Counted from the first letter of the stretch, positions 19,114 to 28,983 are shown. The stretch: 64,000 bases of DNA from Candidatus Altiarchaeota archaeon (GCA_038891095.1 JAWAEV010000001.1:164468-228467), one strand, 5' to 3'. The notes: generated by a model not told the origin, from the sequence alone. Numbers and translations are program-made.

Positions 19114-19250
19114 ATAGCATGTTTTATTATCTCTAAATTGCAAGAGTTATGTTTCTTACACCATTCTTCGCATTTTTTTGCAAAATTTTTTTCTTTATAA
19201 AATAATTTACATTCCTCGCATTGCCACAAGCCATTAACTTTTTTAACCAT
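19110..19250 (-). CDS. Small Cys-rich (Zn-finger-like) protein, 46 aa, absent from the ORF track
   Basis: Hand translation MVKKVNGLWQCEECKLFYKEKNFAKKCEEWCKKHNSCNLEIIKHAI; starts 3 bp after the upstream gene. Confidence 0.75.
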   Translation of the reverse strand: MVKKVNGLWQCEECKLFYKEKNFAKKCEEWCKKHNSCNLEIIKHAI

Positions 19251-19253
19251 TTT

Positions 19254-20264
19254 TTATATCCTAAATTTTTCTATTTCTGAATTTTTCATTGGCTTTACTT
19301 CTATTTTTTTATCCATTTTATCTCTTCCGTATCTCACTAAAACTTCTTTTTCATTTTTTGCATCAGAGTAATGCGCTGTTATTTTGGCAGCAATTTCTAC
19401 AGCTTTTTTTGTTTTTTTACCTTGCAACAGAGTTATCGGACTTCCAAAATTTGGAACCTCGAAGCAATAATCTTTAGCTTCTTTCATATTTAGCAATTTT
19501 TCATTCTCTTCTTTATTTCTGCCAACTATAATTTTGTTATTTTCAAAACGGAAGTGCCTACCAATTTTCAACAAATTTATGTCTCTTAAAGAAATTTTCT
19601 TCTTATGATTGAAAAGGTCCCTAAGCTTATTTGAAAATTCTTTATAAGTTAGCAAACATCCTCCTGATGGGCAGGGATAATCTATCTGAAATTTATTTGC
19701 TAATTCCATTTGTTTTTTTCTTGACCTTCCATGTATGCTTAGTAATTTTTCTCTATCAACCAAACCTTTTATCTCTGCTTCAGTTTTTGGCAATAACTTA
19801 GCTGATAATGGCCTTAGAATTTTTCCTTCGAGCTTAGATTCCTTTTCAATAATTTTAAAAGCTCTCATATGTTGAGACATTGGTCTTTCTCCAAGAACTT
19901 CACCAGTAAAGATGAAATCTGCTTTTATTTCTCTTGCAATTTTTTTAGCTTTTTTGAATATATATATGCGACAATCAATGCACGGATTCATATGTCTACC
20001 ATAACCATATTTTGGTTTTCTTATTAGCCTAAGGTAATCTTCACCTTTACTTACAACCTTTATAGGAATGCCAAATTTCTTTGCTGTAGTAATTGCATTG
20101 CAGCCATGAGAACCACATAAGCAGAAAGGCGAAGTAAAATTCAAAGCAACAACATCTATTCCTTGATCTAAAATTAACTTTACTGCTAAACTTGAATCTA
20201 AACCGCCTGATAACAATGCTAATGCTTTAATTTTTTTATTATTCTTACTTTTGTTATTGCTCAT
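19254..20264 (-). CDS. PP-loop tRNA thiouridylase-like protein (ThiI/MnmA-like with NFACT-R/DUF814-type C-terminus)
   Basis: SGGLDS PP-loop, NPCIDCR, TGEVLGERPMSQ, P.GGCLLT and GRHFR motifs; ATG overlaps the upstream TGA. Confidence 0.85.
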   Translation of the reverse strand: MSNNKSKNNKKIKALALLSGGLDSSLAVKLILDQGIDVVALNFTSPFCLCGSHGCNAITTAKKFGIPIKVVSKGEDYLRLIRKPKYGYGRHMNPCIDCRIYIFKKAKKIAREIKADFIFTGEVLGERPMSQHMRAFKIIEKESKLEGKILRPLSAKLLPKTEAEIKGLVDREKLLSIHGRSRKKQMELANKFQIDYPCPSGGCLLTYKEFSNKLRDLFNHKKKISLRDINLLKIGRHFRFENNKIIVGRNKEENEKLLNMKEAKDYCFEVPNFGSPITLLQGKKTKKAVEIAAKITAHYSDAKNEKEVLVRYGRDKMDKKIEVKPMKNSEIEKFRI

Positions 20265-21199
20265 GGTATCATCAATAATAACATTGATAGCATTAATGTT
20301 AAAAAAGTTCCTATAAAAAGATAAGCAATCGTGGCTTTCTTTCCAATTCTTTTCCATACAACAAGGATTTCTGTTAGGTCAGTTGCTACTCCAGCCATAG
20401 TCATCACAAAGACTACACTCAAAGTTGCTCCCATATAATAAAGTTGTCCTGCTATTATTGCAAAACCCTCTGAGCATGCTTCTATTATCACAGCAAAAGG
20501 TAAAGCAATAAAAATTGCCATAACTCCTCTTTCTTTTCCAAGATAGCTATAGACAATTTCAGTTGGGACAAAGGCTTTTAAGAATGCTGCTAAAAATAAG
20601 CCTATTACTATGTATTTTCCAATATCAAAAAAAATTTCTTTCATGTTTTTTGGAATACAAATGAAAATTCTCTTAAGTATTGATTCCTGTTTATGTTCTT
20701 CTTCCTTTTCTTTCTCGCATTCAAGACATTTTTCTTTTTCATTATCTTTATGCATCGAGTTAAATTTTTGTTCTATGATATCTCTATTCTCTAACTCCGC
20801 TAAGATTAAGCCAGATAAAAAAGCTGTGGATAAAGCTAAAATCATCAAAATTATTGTGTTAAAAAAACCAATGAATCCAAAAAAGATAAAAATCATTGGC
20901 AAACCAGCCCATGGAGAAGCTAAAAGAAAAGTTAAAATTGTTGCTGTTGAAGCTCCTTTTTTCCTGAAAATTACAGCTAATGGAATTGCTCCACAAGAAC
21001 ATGAGCTAACAAGAAAACCTGCAAATGTTGCTCTTAATAAAGAGGAGATGTCATTTTTTCCAAAGTATCTCAATAATCTTTCAGTTGAAACAAATTCTTG
21101 GATTATTGCAGCTAATAAAAAACCTAAAAACATGTAAGTAAATAAATCCTTAAATAAATCCAATAATGCTTCCAAATACTGGAATATCAGTTCAATCAT
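20261..21199 (-). CDS. DUF318/ArsP-family permease
   Basis: Multi-TM protein, CSCGAIP and FLLASP motifs, central charged Cys/His loop. Confidence 0.85.
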   Translation of the reverse strand: MIELIFQYLEALLDLFKDLFTYMFLGFLLAAIIQEFVSTERLLRYFGKNDISSLLRATFAGFLVSSCSCGAIPLAVIFRKKGASTATILTFLLASPWAGLPMIFIFFGFIGFFNTIILMILALSTAFLSGLILAELENRDIIEQKFNSMHKDNEKEKCLECEKEKEEEHKQESILKRIFICIPKNMKEIFFDIGKYIVIGLFLAAFLKAFVPTEIVYSYLGKERGVMAIFIALPFAVIIEACSEGFAIIAGQLYYMGATLSVVFVMTMAGVATDLTEILVVWKRIGKKATIAYLFIGTFLTLMLSMLLLMIP

Positions 21200-21208
21200 T
21201 TTTCCTAC

Positions 21209-21892
21209 TCACACTTGTTGATTAGTAATTTTTCCATCCTTAATATAATAAATCTTGTGTGCATGATTTGCAACTTCTATGTCATGAGTAACTATAACAA
21301 TTGTTTTACCATTATCGTTTAGTTTTTTTATATAGATGAGAAGCTCATGTCTTGATGCTGAATCTAAGTTTCCAGTAGGTTCGTCCATAAGTATTATCTC
21401 TGGGTCATTTGCCAATGCTCTAGCAATCGCAACTCTTTGTTGCTGGCCTCCACTTAATTCTGATGGTTTTGCATCTTTTTTATCCTCAAGCCCCATAAGT
21501 TTTAATAATTCCATTGCTCGTTTTTCCTGTTCATTTTCAGGAAGTCCAAGAAACATCATTGGGACTTCAATGTTCTCTCTTGCTGTAAGAGTTGGTATTA
21601 GATTGAAAAACTGAAAAACAAAACCAATCTTCTTACATCTAAAATCCGTAAGTTCATTCTCTCCCAATTCACTTAAGTCAACATTATCTATGATTATGCT
21701 CCCATTTGTCGCTCTGTCAAGCCCACCAATTAGATGCATAAGTGTACTTTTTCCATGTCCAGATGGTCCAACAATCGCTATGAATTCTCCCTTTCTAATT
21801 TCAAGATTTATGCCCCTTAATGCTTTTGTCTTTATTTTATCACCATAAGTTTTACTTATGTCCTTGATTTTAACTATAGTACTCTTACTCAT
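21209..21892 (-). CDS. ABC transporter ATP-binding protein (LolD/MacB-like)
   Basis: GPSGHGKST, LSGGQQQRVAIARA, DEPTGNLD and VTHD motifs. Confidence 0.95.
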   Translation of the reverse strand: MSKSTIVKIKDISKTYGDKIKTKALRGINLEIRKGEFIAIVGPSGHGKSTLMHLIGGLDRATNGSIIIDNVDLSELGENELTDFRCKKIGFVFQFFNLIPTLTARENIEVPMMFLGLPENEQEKRAMELLKLMGLEDKKDAKPSELSGGQQQRVAIARALANDPEIILMDEPTGNLDSASRHELLIYIKKLNDNGKTIVIVTHDIEVANHAHKIYYIKDGKITNQQV

Positions 21893-23051
21893 ATCTCATC
21901 GCCTCTAAAGGTGTTAATTTAGATGCTCGCCATGCTGGATAAAGTCCTGAAATAATGGAGATGGATAATGAAAAAAATAATGTTATGACAAATATAGTTG
22001 GGTCAAATACATTACTTGATTGAGAGGAGGAGCCAACAAATGCCATAAATTCATTAGAGCTCATGTATGGTGCAGAAATGTATGTTGCCAAAAATCCAAT
22101 AACTGCTCCTAAAATACCTCCAGCTAAGCCTAAGACAACTGCTTCCAGAACAAAAATTTTAAAAATAGAAAAATTTCTCCCGCCAACAGATTTAAGTATC
22201 CCGATTTCTCTTTTTCTTTCATATACGGCAGTCATCATTGTGTTCATTATCCCAAAACAGGCAGTTAGAATTGCAACAGTTGCTATAATCTGCATAGAAT
22301 TTTTTACTGTAGAAACTATACTCAAAACCGATGCTACAAGTTGTTTGTCTGATGTTACATCAACATTAGCGACATCTTTTATTTTGGTTGAGTAGTAATC
22401 CAATTTTGATACATCATCTACTTTAACAGCAATGAAAGAAACTTTATCTTTTATTTCATATACTTCCTGCGCTATTTTAAGTGGAATGAACACAGAGACA
22501 TCATCTTTTGTTCCTGTTTCTGTTAAAATTCCCTTAATTCTAAATACTTTACCGCGTATTTTTATTTCATCCCCAACATTAAGCTCAAACTTATCGGCTA
22601 TACTAACACCTATCAATGCCACAAAAGTGTCGTTATCTTTCAGATAATTTCCTTCACCTACTTTCCACCCCTTAAAAAAATTCATTTGGCTTGGAATAAT
22701 TCCGATAACTGTAACAGGATTATTTTTTATTGCCATTGCTTCTGTCAGAAAAGGAGCTATAACAATTCCTTCAATTTTTGATATTTTTTCAACATCAGAA
22801 TTATCTATCTGTTCTGGAACTGACTCTCCTAACAAAACAGAAATTTGCTCATAGGCACACCATCCCTTTGGAGTGACAATCAAATTTGCACCTATGCTTC
22901 CTGCTTGTTTGTTTATCTCCTGCTCCAATCCGCCACTTATGGAGAGAAGTGCAACTAAAGAAGCTATTCCAACTACAATTCCAAGTAATGTAAATACAAA
23001 TCTGCTCCTCCTCCTAATCATATTTCTTAGAACTAGCTTGTAAATATTCAT
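21885..23051 (-). CDS. ABC permease, MacB/FtsX family
   Basis: TM1 plus large extracellular domain plus 3 TM; ERKREIGILKSVG and YPAWRASKL motifs. Confidence 0.92.
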   Translation of the reverse strand: MNIYKLVLRNMIRRRSRFVFTLLGIVVGIASLVALLSISGGLEQEINKQAGSIGANLIVTPKGWCAYEQISVLLGESVPEQIDNSDVEKISKIEGIVIAPFLTEAMAIKNNPVTVIGIIPSQMNFFKGWKVGEGNYLKDNDTFVALIGVSIADKFELNVGDEIKIRGKVFRIKGILTETGTKDDVSVFIPLKIAQEVYEIKDKVSFIAVKVDDVSKLDYYSTKIKDVANVDVTSDKQLVASVLSIVSTVKNSMQIIATVAILTACFGIMNTMMTAVYERKREIGILKSVGGRNFSIFKIFVLEAVVLGLAGGILGAVIGFLATYISAPYMSSNEFMAFVGSSSQSSNVFDPTIFVITLFFSLSISIISGLYPAWRASKLTPLEAMRYE

Positions 23052-23512
23052 ATTTTTTTAACCTCTTTTGCTTTGAATAAAACGTATTCCCCAGATGTTC
23101 CAGAAACTTCTCCAATAACAAGGACTTTATCCCTCATTTTTGGTAGTTCTCCAGAATATGATACCTGTACATGATTAATAGCACAAGTAACCTTACCACA
23201 AAGTTCATATTCTCTCAAATCTATTATAATAAAACTTGATTCTGAAGGATAAACAAAAGAGACCGCTCCTCTAACAGCAATCGTGCCTTCGTAAGCTTCA
23301 GGGTCCTTTGCAAGATTATCCACATCAATAGTAATAATAGGGCTATATGTTTTTTCTTTAAGATTTGTTGTGCCATTCTCTTGGTAAGGAATTTTATCCT
23401 CGGTTTGTTCTTTGTTTGTTTTTTCTTGCTGAACACATCCACTTATAAGAATAATCCCCATTATTGCTACAACTCCTACTCTTAAAACAAATTTTCTTAT
23501 ATTTATGTTCAC
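23048..23512 (-). CDS. Putative lipoprotein with OB-fold-like domain
   Basis: LISGC lipobox; V.GAV and V.VIGEV strands; overlaps both neighbours. Confidence 0.65.
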   Translation of the reverse strand: MNINIRKFVLRVGVVAIMGIILISGCVQQEKTNKEQTEDKIPYQENGTTNLKEKTYSPIITIDVDNLAKDPEAYEGTIAVRGAVSFVYPSESSFIIIDLREYELCGKVTCAINHVQVSYSGELPKMRDKVLVIGEVSGTSGEYVLFKAKEVKKI

Positions 23513-23856
23513 TTTCCTTCTATTGTCTTCTTACACTCACTTAAGAGGTTTAATATATGACTATTATTTAAGGAGTAGTATCTATTTCTACCTTCTTTTT
23601 TAACTTTAACTAAGTTAAGATGTCTTAATGCTCTCAATTGATGAGAAATTAAAGATTGAGATTTTCCTAATGCCAATACAATTTCACAGATGCACAATTC
23701 ACCATGTGATAAAGCATTGAGTATCTCTATCCTTGTTGGATCTCCTAAAACACTAAAGAGTTCGGACATCTTCAGCACTTTATTTAGATTTATCTTTTTT
23801 GATTTTGCAATTTTAACTTTTTTTAAATTAGCGGTTTCTGGTTGGCATATCATCAT
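23509..23856 (-). CDS. ArsR/SmtB-family metalloregulator
   Basis: F..LGDPTRI.IL..L, ELCICEI and QS.ISHQL..LR motifs. Confidence 0.93.
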   Translation of the reverse strand: MMICQPETANLKKVKIAKSKKINLNKVLKMSELFSVLGDPTRIEILNALSHGELCICEIVLALGKSQSLISHQLRALRHLNLVKVKKEGRNRYYSLNNSHILNLLSECKKTIEGK

Positions 23857-23886
23857 TTTTCTTAATCATACCTATATAAACTATAA

Positions 23887-23906
23887 ATATGAATGCTCAT
23901 TCATAT
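23887..23906. promoter_or_regulatory. ArsR/SmtB-type operator ATATGAATG-CT-CATTCATAT (perfect 9-2-9 inverted repeat)
   Basis: About 30 bp upstream of the arsR-like start; TGAA..TTCA core as in SmtB/CzrA operators. Confidence 0.85.
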
Positions 23907-23978
23907 ATTCATTTAGTATTCAAGTATAAAAATCAGTAGAGAATATCCCTCATTTTCTCCTTAACATGCTTTAGACAC

Positions 23979-24215
23979 TCAAATCCAAATGCCGAAAATA
24001 TAAGCTAATATAGCCAAAGTTATGTGAACAATTCCTGTGATTAATGTTAACCAAGCAAAAGGATTATGAAGTTGGCATATTAACTTAGAACTATTTATTT
24101 TGCAAGTTTTTGCCCATGGCATGCTATAACAGGTAGCATAATTCAATACGAAAAATACCCCAGTAACCACACCTGACCAAAATACAGTTGTTTGTCCTAA
24201 TAATATAATTGCCAT
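23979..24215 (-). CDS. Small 2-TM membrane protein with Cys/His residues
   Basis: Two hydrophobic helices, LH...VH; starts 3 bp after the upstream gene. Confidence 0.6.
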   Translation of the reverse strand: MAIILLGQTTVFWSGVVTGVFFVLNYATCYSMPWAKTCKINSSKLICQLHNPFAWLTLITGIVHITLAILAYIFGIWI

Positions 24216-24218
24216 TTC

Positions 24219-24857
24219 CTAACACAACTCTTTTAAAAAATATTTTTTCAACAGACGCTCAGCATCTTTATTATGCGCACCTTCATTGATAGTTTTTGCA
24301 TCGTAAATTTCTCCACAATAATGCTTTCCTTCATGACCACTTAACGACCATTTTTTAGCATCTGTTAGATCATATACATTGTTATTAAAAACAATCAAGC
24401 ATCTATCTGCTGAATTTTTGACCTCATTTAAGCTGATACAATCTTTTTTAACACATGAATTATTTTTGCATTCATAACTTTCTGGACAGTTAACATCAAT
24501 ACAACAATTTTGACTCGTTTCTCCAATATCAATCTTACCATTGCCGCAGTAAGCATTTATTTTTTGTTCGGGTATCGTGGTTATTTGCTCAGAAGTAGTT
24601 GTAAGAGTTATTGTTTTTTGCTCTTGAATTGTTGAGGTTGTCTTTTTTTGTTCAGTTGTAGAGATGTTTGTTTTTATATTCTGGTTTTTGACATTTCCAA
24701 TATTTTTTGGATTATTCGTTTTATTTTGAATTTGGATTATTTTAGCACTATGGTCAGTTGAGTCTTTAATAAATGTCTTGTAGGAGCTATTGATCATCAG
24801 TACAGTGAACGCTGTCAAGCCTGAAATTAATAAAATTATTGTTATGTATCTCCACAT
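24219..24857 (-). CDS. Membrane-anchored protein with Thr-rich linker, Cys-rich module and C-terminal cytochrome b5-like domain
   Basis: ISLNEV..., CLIVFNNNVYDLT, W...GH.G.H.CG and later H; CGNG..D.GE...C motif. Confidence 0.7.
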   Translation of the reverse strand: MWRYITIILLISGLTAFTVLMINSSYKTFIKDSTDHSAKIIQIQNKTNNPKNIGNVKNQNIKTNISTTEQKKTTSTIQEQKTITLTTTSEQITTIPEQKINAYCGNGKIDIGETSQNCCIDVNCPESYECKNNSCVKKDCISLNEVKNSADRCLIVFNNNVYDLTDAKKWSLSGHEGKHYCGEIYDAKTINEGAHNKDAERLLKKYFLKELC

Positions 24858-24923
24858 ATTTATCACTCCCTAAAGAGTATTGCACTATTATTAAAAAAGA
24901 ATTTACAAAAAAGATAAATTTTG

Positions 24924-25784
24924 TTATTTTCCCATCATAATCCTGACTATCTCACAAGCCTTGCAAATTTCTTTTCTTGAAGGCTCTCCGCAAATTTTGC
25001 AATATTTTAGCTTTTCATCGCTCTTATAGTACTCTTTTATCTTAGGCAAAATTTTTATAAAATTATAAACAATTTTTTCCTTTACTCCAGGATTTTCTTT
25101 CTCTATTTCATTTAAATATCCTTTAATTTCTAATCTAAATGTATCTATCGCACAAGGGCATTTCTCATATAGCACAGGAAATTTTTTTAGCATTGAGTAT
25201 TTTCTTATTTCTTCTTCAGGGCAGAAATATAACGGCTTAATTCTTGGCACAAATTTTTCATCCTTGATAAAACCAGTTTTTGGACCTAATTTTGCACATA
25301 AACTCAAATTTCCCTGAAGGAAATTCATAAAGATTGTTTGAGCTTCATCATCTAAGTTATGGCCAGTTGCCATCTTTGTTGCATTAAGTTCACGAGCTTT
25401 TCTGTTCATTATACTTCTTTTCATTACTCCGCAAATTGTACAATTTTTTATGCTGTAACCTTTAGATTTCAGAATTGAATTTATATAGCAAATTTTATAG
25501 CCAAATTCATCCCTTATTGAAACAGTATGCAGATTTATTTTATTTTCATTACAAAATTTTTTTATATTCTCAAAATTTTTTTCTGAATATCTACCAAGTA
25601 ATAAATCTATAAAAAGCGCCTCAACTTTATAGCCAAATTTTTTCAGTAAGTATAACGCAGTAGTTGAATCCTTGCCGCCAGAGCAAGCAACAAGTATTTT
25701 ATCTCCTTTAGCAATTAATTCAAAATCATCAATTGTCTTTTTTACTTGCTCTTCAAAATGTTCTAAAAAATTTTTCTCATCCAT
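24924..25784 (-). CDS. TtuA/TtcA-family tRNA 2-thiolation protein (TIGR00269-like)
   Basis: SGGKDS, CTICG..KR, TGHNLDDEAQT, RIKPL, CP and C-terminal CxxC..CxxC motifs. Confidence 0.9.
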   Translation of the reverse strand: MDEKNFLEHFEEQVKKTIDDFELIAKGDKILVACSGGKDSTTALYLLKKFGYKVEALFIDLLLGRYSEKNFENIKKFCNENKINLHTVSIRDEFGYKICYINSILKSKGYSIKNCTICGVMKRSIMNRKARELNATKMATGHNLDDEAQTIFMNFLQGNLSLCAKLGPKTGFIKDEKFVPRIKPLYFCPEEEIRKYSMLKKFPVLYEKCPCAIDTFRLEIKGYLNEIEKENPGVKEKIVYNFIKILPKIKEYYKSDEKLKYCKICGEPSRKEICKACEIVRIMMGK

Positions 25785-25840
25785 TCTAATGAATTTGCAG
25801 TATACCTATAAAAAAGGGGAAACAAATAAAAAATTTCAGA

Positions 25841-26293
25841 TTATGCTTGCTCTACAGTGCCGAAAATTTTCCCAGAACTTCTATAAGTTTCAGATGTGCG
25901 GTCATCAATGTAATCGACTGATATAAAAATCTCAAATTTTGAGCCTGCTGGAATTTTCAATGAGAAGGTATTGCTCCACTGATAAATGGCTCCGGAATTT
26001 ACAGGTATGTTTAAATTGCTATCACATCTATTTTCATCCTGAAAAGTTACATTGACTTTTGTAATGTTAACTCTTGATCCAATTTGGTTTTCAAATGAAA
26101 TCAATAAAAAGCTATTTGATGTAAATTTAAAGTCTCCCGGAACAATACCCCAAAAACCAGCTGAGCCCTTTCCAGTATCTTTTGGATTAAATAAGCCAAA
26201 TTGCCACATTACAACAATTATGACAAGAATTATGACTAATGCCCAGCCATATGTCATTAAAAATTCTAATGCGGTTTGAGCTTTATTTTTCAT
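25841..26293 (-). CDS. Archaeal type IV pilin-like protein (class III signal peptide)
   Basis: KNKAQ-TALEFLMTYGWAL hydrophobic N-terminus. Confidence 0.85.
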   Translation of the reverse strand: MKNKAQTALEFLMTYGWALVIILVIIVVMWQFGLFNPKDTGKGSAGFWGIVPGDFKFTSNSFLLISFENQIGSRVNITKVNVTFQDENRCDSNLNIPVNSGAIYQWSNTFSLKIPAGSKFEIFISVDYIDDRTSETYRSSGKIFGTVEQA

Positions 26294-26813
26294 TCTTAAT
26301 TTTCTCAACAATTGCTGAGACAATATCAGCAAGTTTTTCTTTTGTGAAATTCTTTGTATTTATAATTATGTCATACTTACTAAAATCATCAAAATCTATA
26401 CCATAAATTTTTTTGTATCTCTTACGCTCGCTTTCTTCTCTTTCTTTTATCTGGATTATTGCTTTTTCAATTGTACTTAAATTGTCTCTTTCCATAACTC
26501 TTTTAGCTCTTATTTCTAAGGGAGTAATTAGAAAAATTTTTAAATCTGAATCCAAGAAATGCGCAGAAATTCTACCTTCAACAACACAGTTGCCATTTTT
26601 AGCAAGTTCCTTTTGCTTTTTATCAATTTCTCTATCAACTGAAGAGTTTAACTCTGCAAATTTTGAAAATTCCATGAGTGACATTCCCTTCTCAGTTGCC
26701 ATAGACCTCATTATCTCTCCTGCAGAAATGTACTGCAAATTAAAACGCTTTGCAATTTCTTTTGCAAGCGTTGACTTACCAGAGCCTATTTGACCTGAAA
26801 TTGTTATTATCAT
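26283..26813 (-). CDS. cmk: Archaeal cytidylate kinase
   Basis: IITISG..GSGKST, SAG..MR, D..ID and VEGRIS motifs. Confidence 0.9.
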   Translation of the reverse strand: MIITISGQIGSGKSTLAKEIAKRFNLQYISAGEIMRSMATEKGMSLMEFSKFAELNSSVDREIDKKQKELAKNGNCVVEGRISAHFLDSDLKIFLITPLEIRAKRVMERDNLSTIEKAIIQIKEREESERKRYKKIYGIDFDDFSKYDIIINTKNFTKEKLADIVSAIVEKIKNEK

Positions 26814-26941
26814 CTAGCTATTAATAAAATATAGAGTGGGAATATTTATTTAGGCAAAAACCAAAATAAACCGAATAGAAAAGTATTTATATTGGTAATA
26901 ATTAAATTTTAATACTACAGAAGATATTAGAGGTGAGAAAC

Positions 26942-27433
26942 ATGAAAATGAACAAAAAAGGTCAGGGTGCTATGGAGTACCTCATGACCTATGGATGGGC
27001 AATTTTAGTTGTGCTTATTATTGGTGTTGCACTTTGGTATATGGGTGTTTTTAATGTTGGTACTGGTGGAGTTAATAGAGCATCTGGATTTTCAAAGATG
27101 AAAGTTGCAGATCCAACAATACAGTATTCTGATTCTGGAAATTTCTTTAAATTTATGATAATTAATGGTGCGGGTACAGGTGTAGAGAATATTAATGCAA
27201 CTATTATAGGTGGTGACTATGGTTGTAATACTACTGGAATTGTTAATAAAACAATTTTAGTTGAAGGTGAAACAACAGAGATATGGTTTGGTAAATGCAC
27301 TGGCTGTAGTTGTACAAAATCCCGTGGCTCAGCATTTCTTGCTCAGGTACAGATAAATTATACTCAGTCAATTATGGGTACTGTTTATCAGAGATCTGAC
27401 ACTGGAATAATCTCAGGAACAGTTGAGCAATAA
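26942..27433 (+). CDS. Archaeal type IV pilin-like protein (class III signal peptide)
   Basis: KKGQ-GAMEYLMTYGWAIL; GAGGTGA SD upstream; T-rich tract downstream. Confidence 0.88.
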   Translation: MKMNKKGQGAMEYLMTYGWAILVVLIIGVALWYMGVFNVGTGGVNRASGFSKMKVADPTIQYSDSGNFFKFMIINGAGTGVENINATIIGGDYGCNTTGIVNKTILVEGETTEIWFGKCTGCSCTKSRGSAFLAQVQINYTQSIMGTVYQRSDTGIISGTVEQ

Positions 27434-27536
27434 ATTTAGGCAACTTCTCCTTATTTTTTTATTTTTAGAGAAAAAAGGGGAAAATAGATAGAGAGATTAA
27501 ATTCTTTAGATATTTTCCTCTGCATTATTCTCTCTT

Positions 27537-28175
27537 TTAAAAATACTTCAAGATCAGCCTTAAATCTTTTTCTTTTATAACAACATTTGCAATTTTTTCA
27601 ATTTCTGGAATTTTTGGATTAAATGCTATTGAAAAACCAGCAAATTTGAACATAGGTATATCATTGAAAAAATCTCCAACCGCTGCACATTCCTCAGCAA
27701 GGATATTAGCTTCTTTTGCAATTTTCTCAAGAGCTGTTCCTTTGCCATTCATATCAATAATATTCTTTATTCCAGCAACTTTTCCATCATCAACAATAAA
27801 TTCATTTGCAGCAACAAAATCAATTCCAAATTTCTTTGCTATGATATCTGCTAAGATTTTCAAACCTCCAGAAACAATAGCTAACTTATAGCCTCTCTCT
27901 TTTAAAATTTTTAGAGTCTCTGTTGCGCCTTTCATTAGCTTAGTCTTACTGAAAATTTTTTCTATTCTTTGAATTTCAATTCCATGCCATAAAGCAACAT
28001 CTCTTTTAGCCCATTCATCAAATGTTATCTTTCCAGAGTAGAATAAAGCTTCATTTATTTTAGAAAATTTTTCTGTACCAAGAGCATAATGTAGCTCAGT
28101 CCAACTACCTCTACCATCTACAAGCACACCATCAAGGTCAAATGCTATGAGTCTTATTTTTCTTTTATTTTTCAT
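27537..28175 (-). CDS. HAD-family phosphatase (phosphoserine phosphatase-like)
   Basis: FDLDGVL, IVSGG, K and GD..ND..M motifs. Confidence 0.88.
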   Translation of the reverse strand: MKNKRKIRLIAFDLDGVLVDGRGSWTELHYALGTEKFSKINEALFYSGKITFDEWAKRDVALWHGIEIQRIEKIFSKTKLMKGATETLKILKERGYKLAIVSGGLKILADIIAKKFGIDFVAANEFIVDDGKVAGIKNIIDMNGKGTALEKIAKEANILAEECAAVGDFFNDIPMFKFAGFSIAFNPKIPEIEKIANVVIKEKDLRLILKYF

Positions 28176-28188
28176 GTTTTATAGTGCT

Positions 28189-28917
28189 TCAACCATACAT
28201 CGGAGGTGATAAATCCTCCATATCTTCATGATGTTCCTTGCTTCTTTTGACTTCTTCTGTAATTCTCTTGAATACTTCCTCTATTTCTTTACCTTCACGA
28301 GAAATTCTCTCTGTGTCTATATCTAAGCCAAGAATTTTATTCATGACCTTTAACATTGAAACTGCCGCCATCGGATCTGGTGAATATTCAGTCTCAGCAA
28401 TTAAAGCCATCGCTGGAATTTTGTTATCAGAGCAGAAAAGTATAAGGTCACTTGAAATTCCACTGAGCATTCCTTCTTCAACATGAATTACATCTGCATT
28501 TCTTAGCTTATCCCTCAACTCTTTATTTGTTGCAATGCCTAATATCTCATGCTCCTTTTCTGTAAATCTACCAGAAATTCCAGCAAGAAGAATAACTTCT
28601 TTTGGTTTTATTTCAGATAGCCATTTTGAGATAGCATCAGAAATTTCATGCATTTGCCTTATCGGAATTATAATCTCAGAGAATATCAGCAGAATGTTTC
28701 CCTTAGCATAAATCCTTATTGGATAATGAATTTCAGAATTATGGATTATTGCAAAACTTCGTAGTTTATCACAAATTATATGTCCAACAACTTTCATGTC
28801 TAATTCTTCTATCAAATAGCGTGTTGCTATAGTTGAAACAAAACCCTTTGATGGAAAACCCTCAATCACAATTGGCTCCTTTGGTAGCTCTCCAGTGATT
28901 ACAATTTTTGTTGTCAT
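28189..28917 (-). CDS. PAC2-family proteasome assembly chaperone
   Basis: EGFP..G.V..IA, P.RIY, PDP.AA and C-terminal MYG motifs. Confidence 0.88.
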   Translation of the reverse strand: MTTKIVITGELPKEPIVIEGFPSKGFVSTIATRYLIEELDMKVVGHIICDKLRSFAIIHNSEIHYPIRIYAKGNILLIFSEIIIPIRQMHEISDAISKWLSEIKPKEVILLAGISGRFTEKEHEILGIATNKELRDKLRNADVIHVEEGMLSGISSDLILFCSDNKIPAMALIAETEYSPDPMAAVSMLKVMNKILGLDIDTERISREGKEIEEVFKRITEEVKRSKEHHEDMEDLSPPMYG

Positions 28918-28983
28918 TTTCTCTCTACTTTTATTTAATCATTTATCTTCTTACTTATTAAAATTAATTCTTTTTTTCTTTTT

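Noticed and set aside
20610-21137. Long antisense ORFs (this one and similar ones at 22063, 26413, 53888, 57030, 62976)
   Set aside because: They lie opposite well-supported genes and show no motifs; shadow ORFs.
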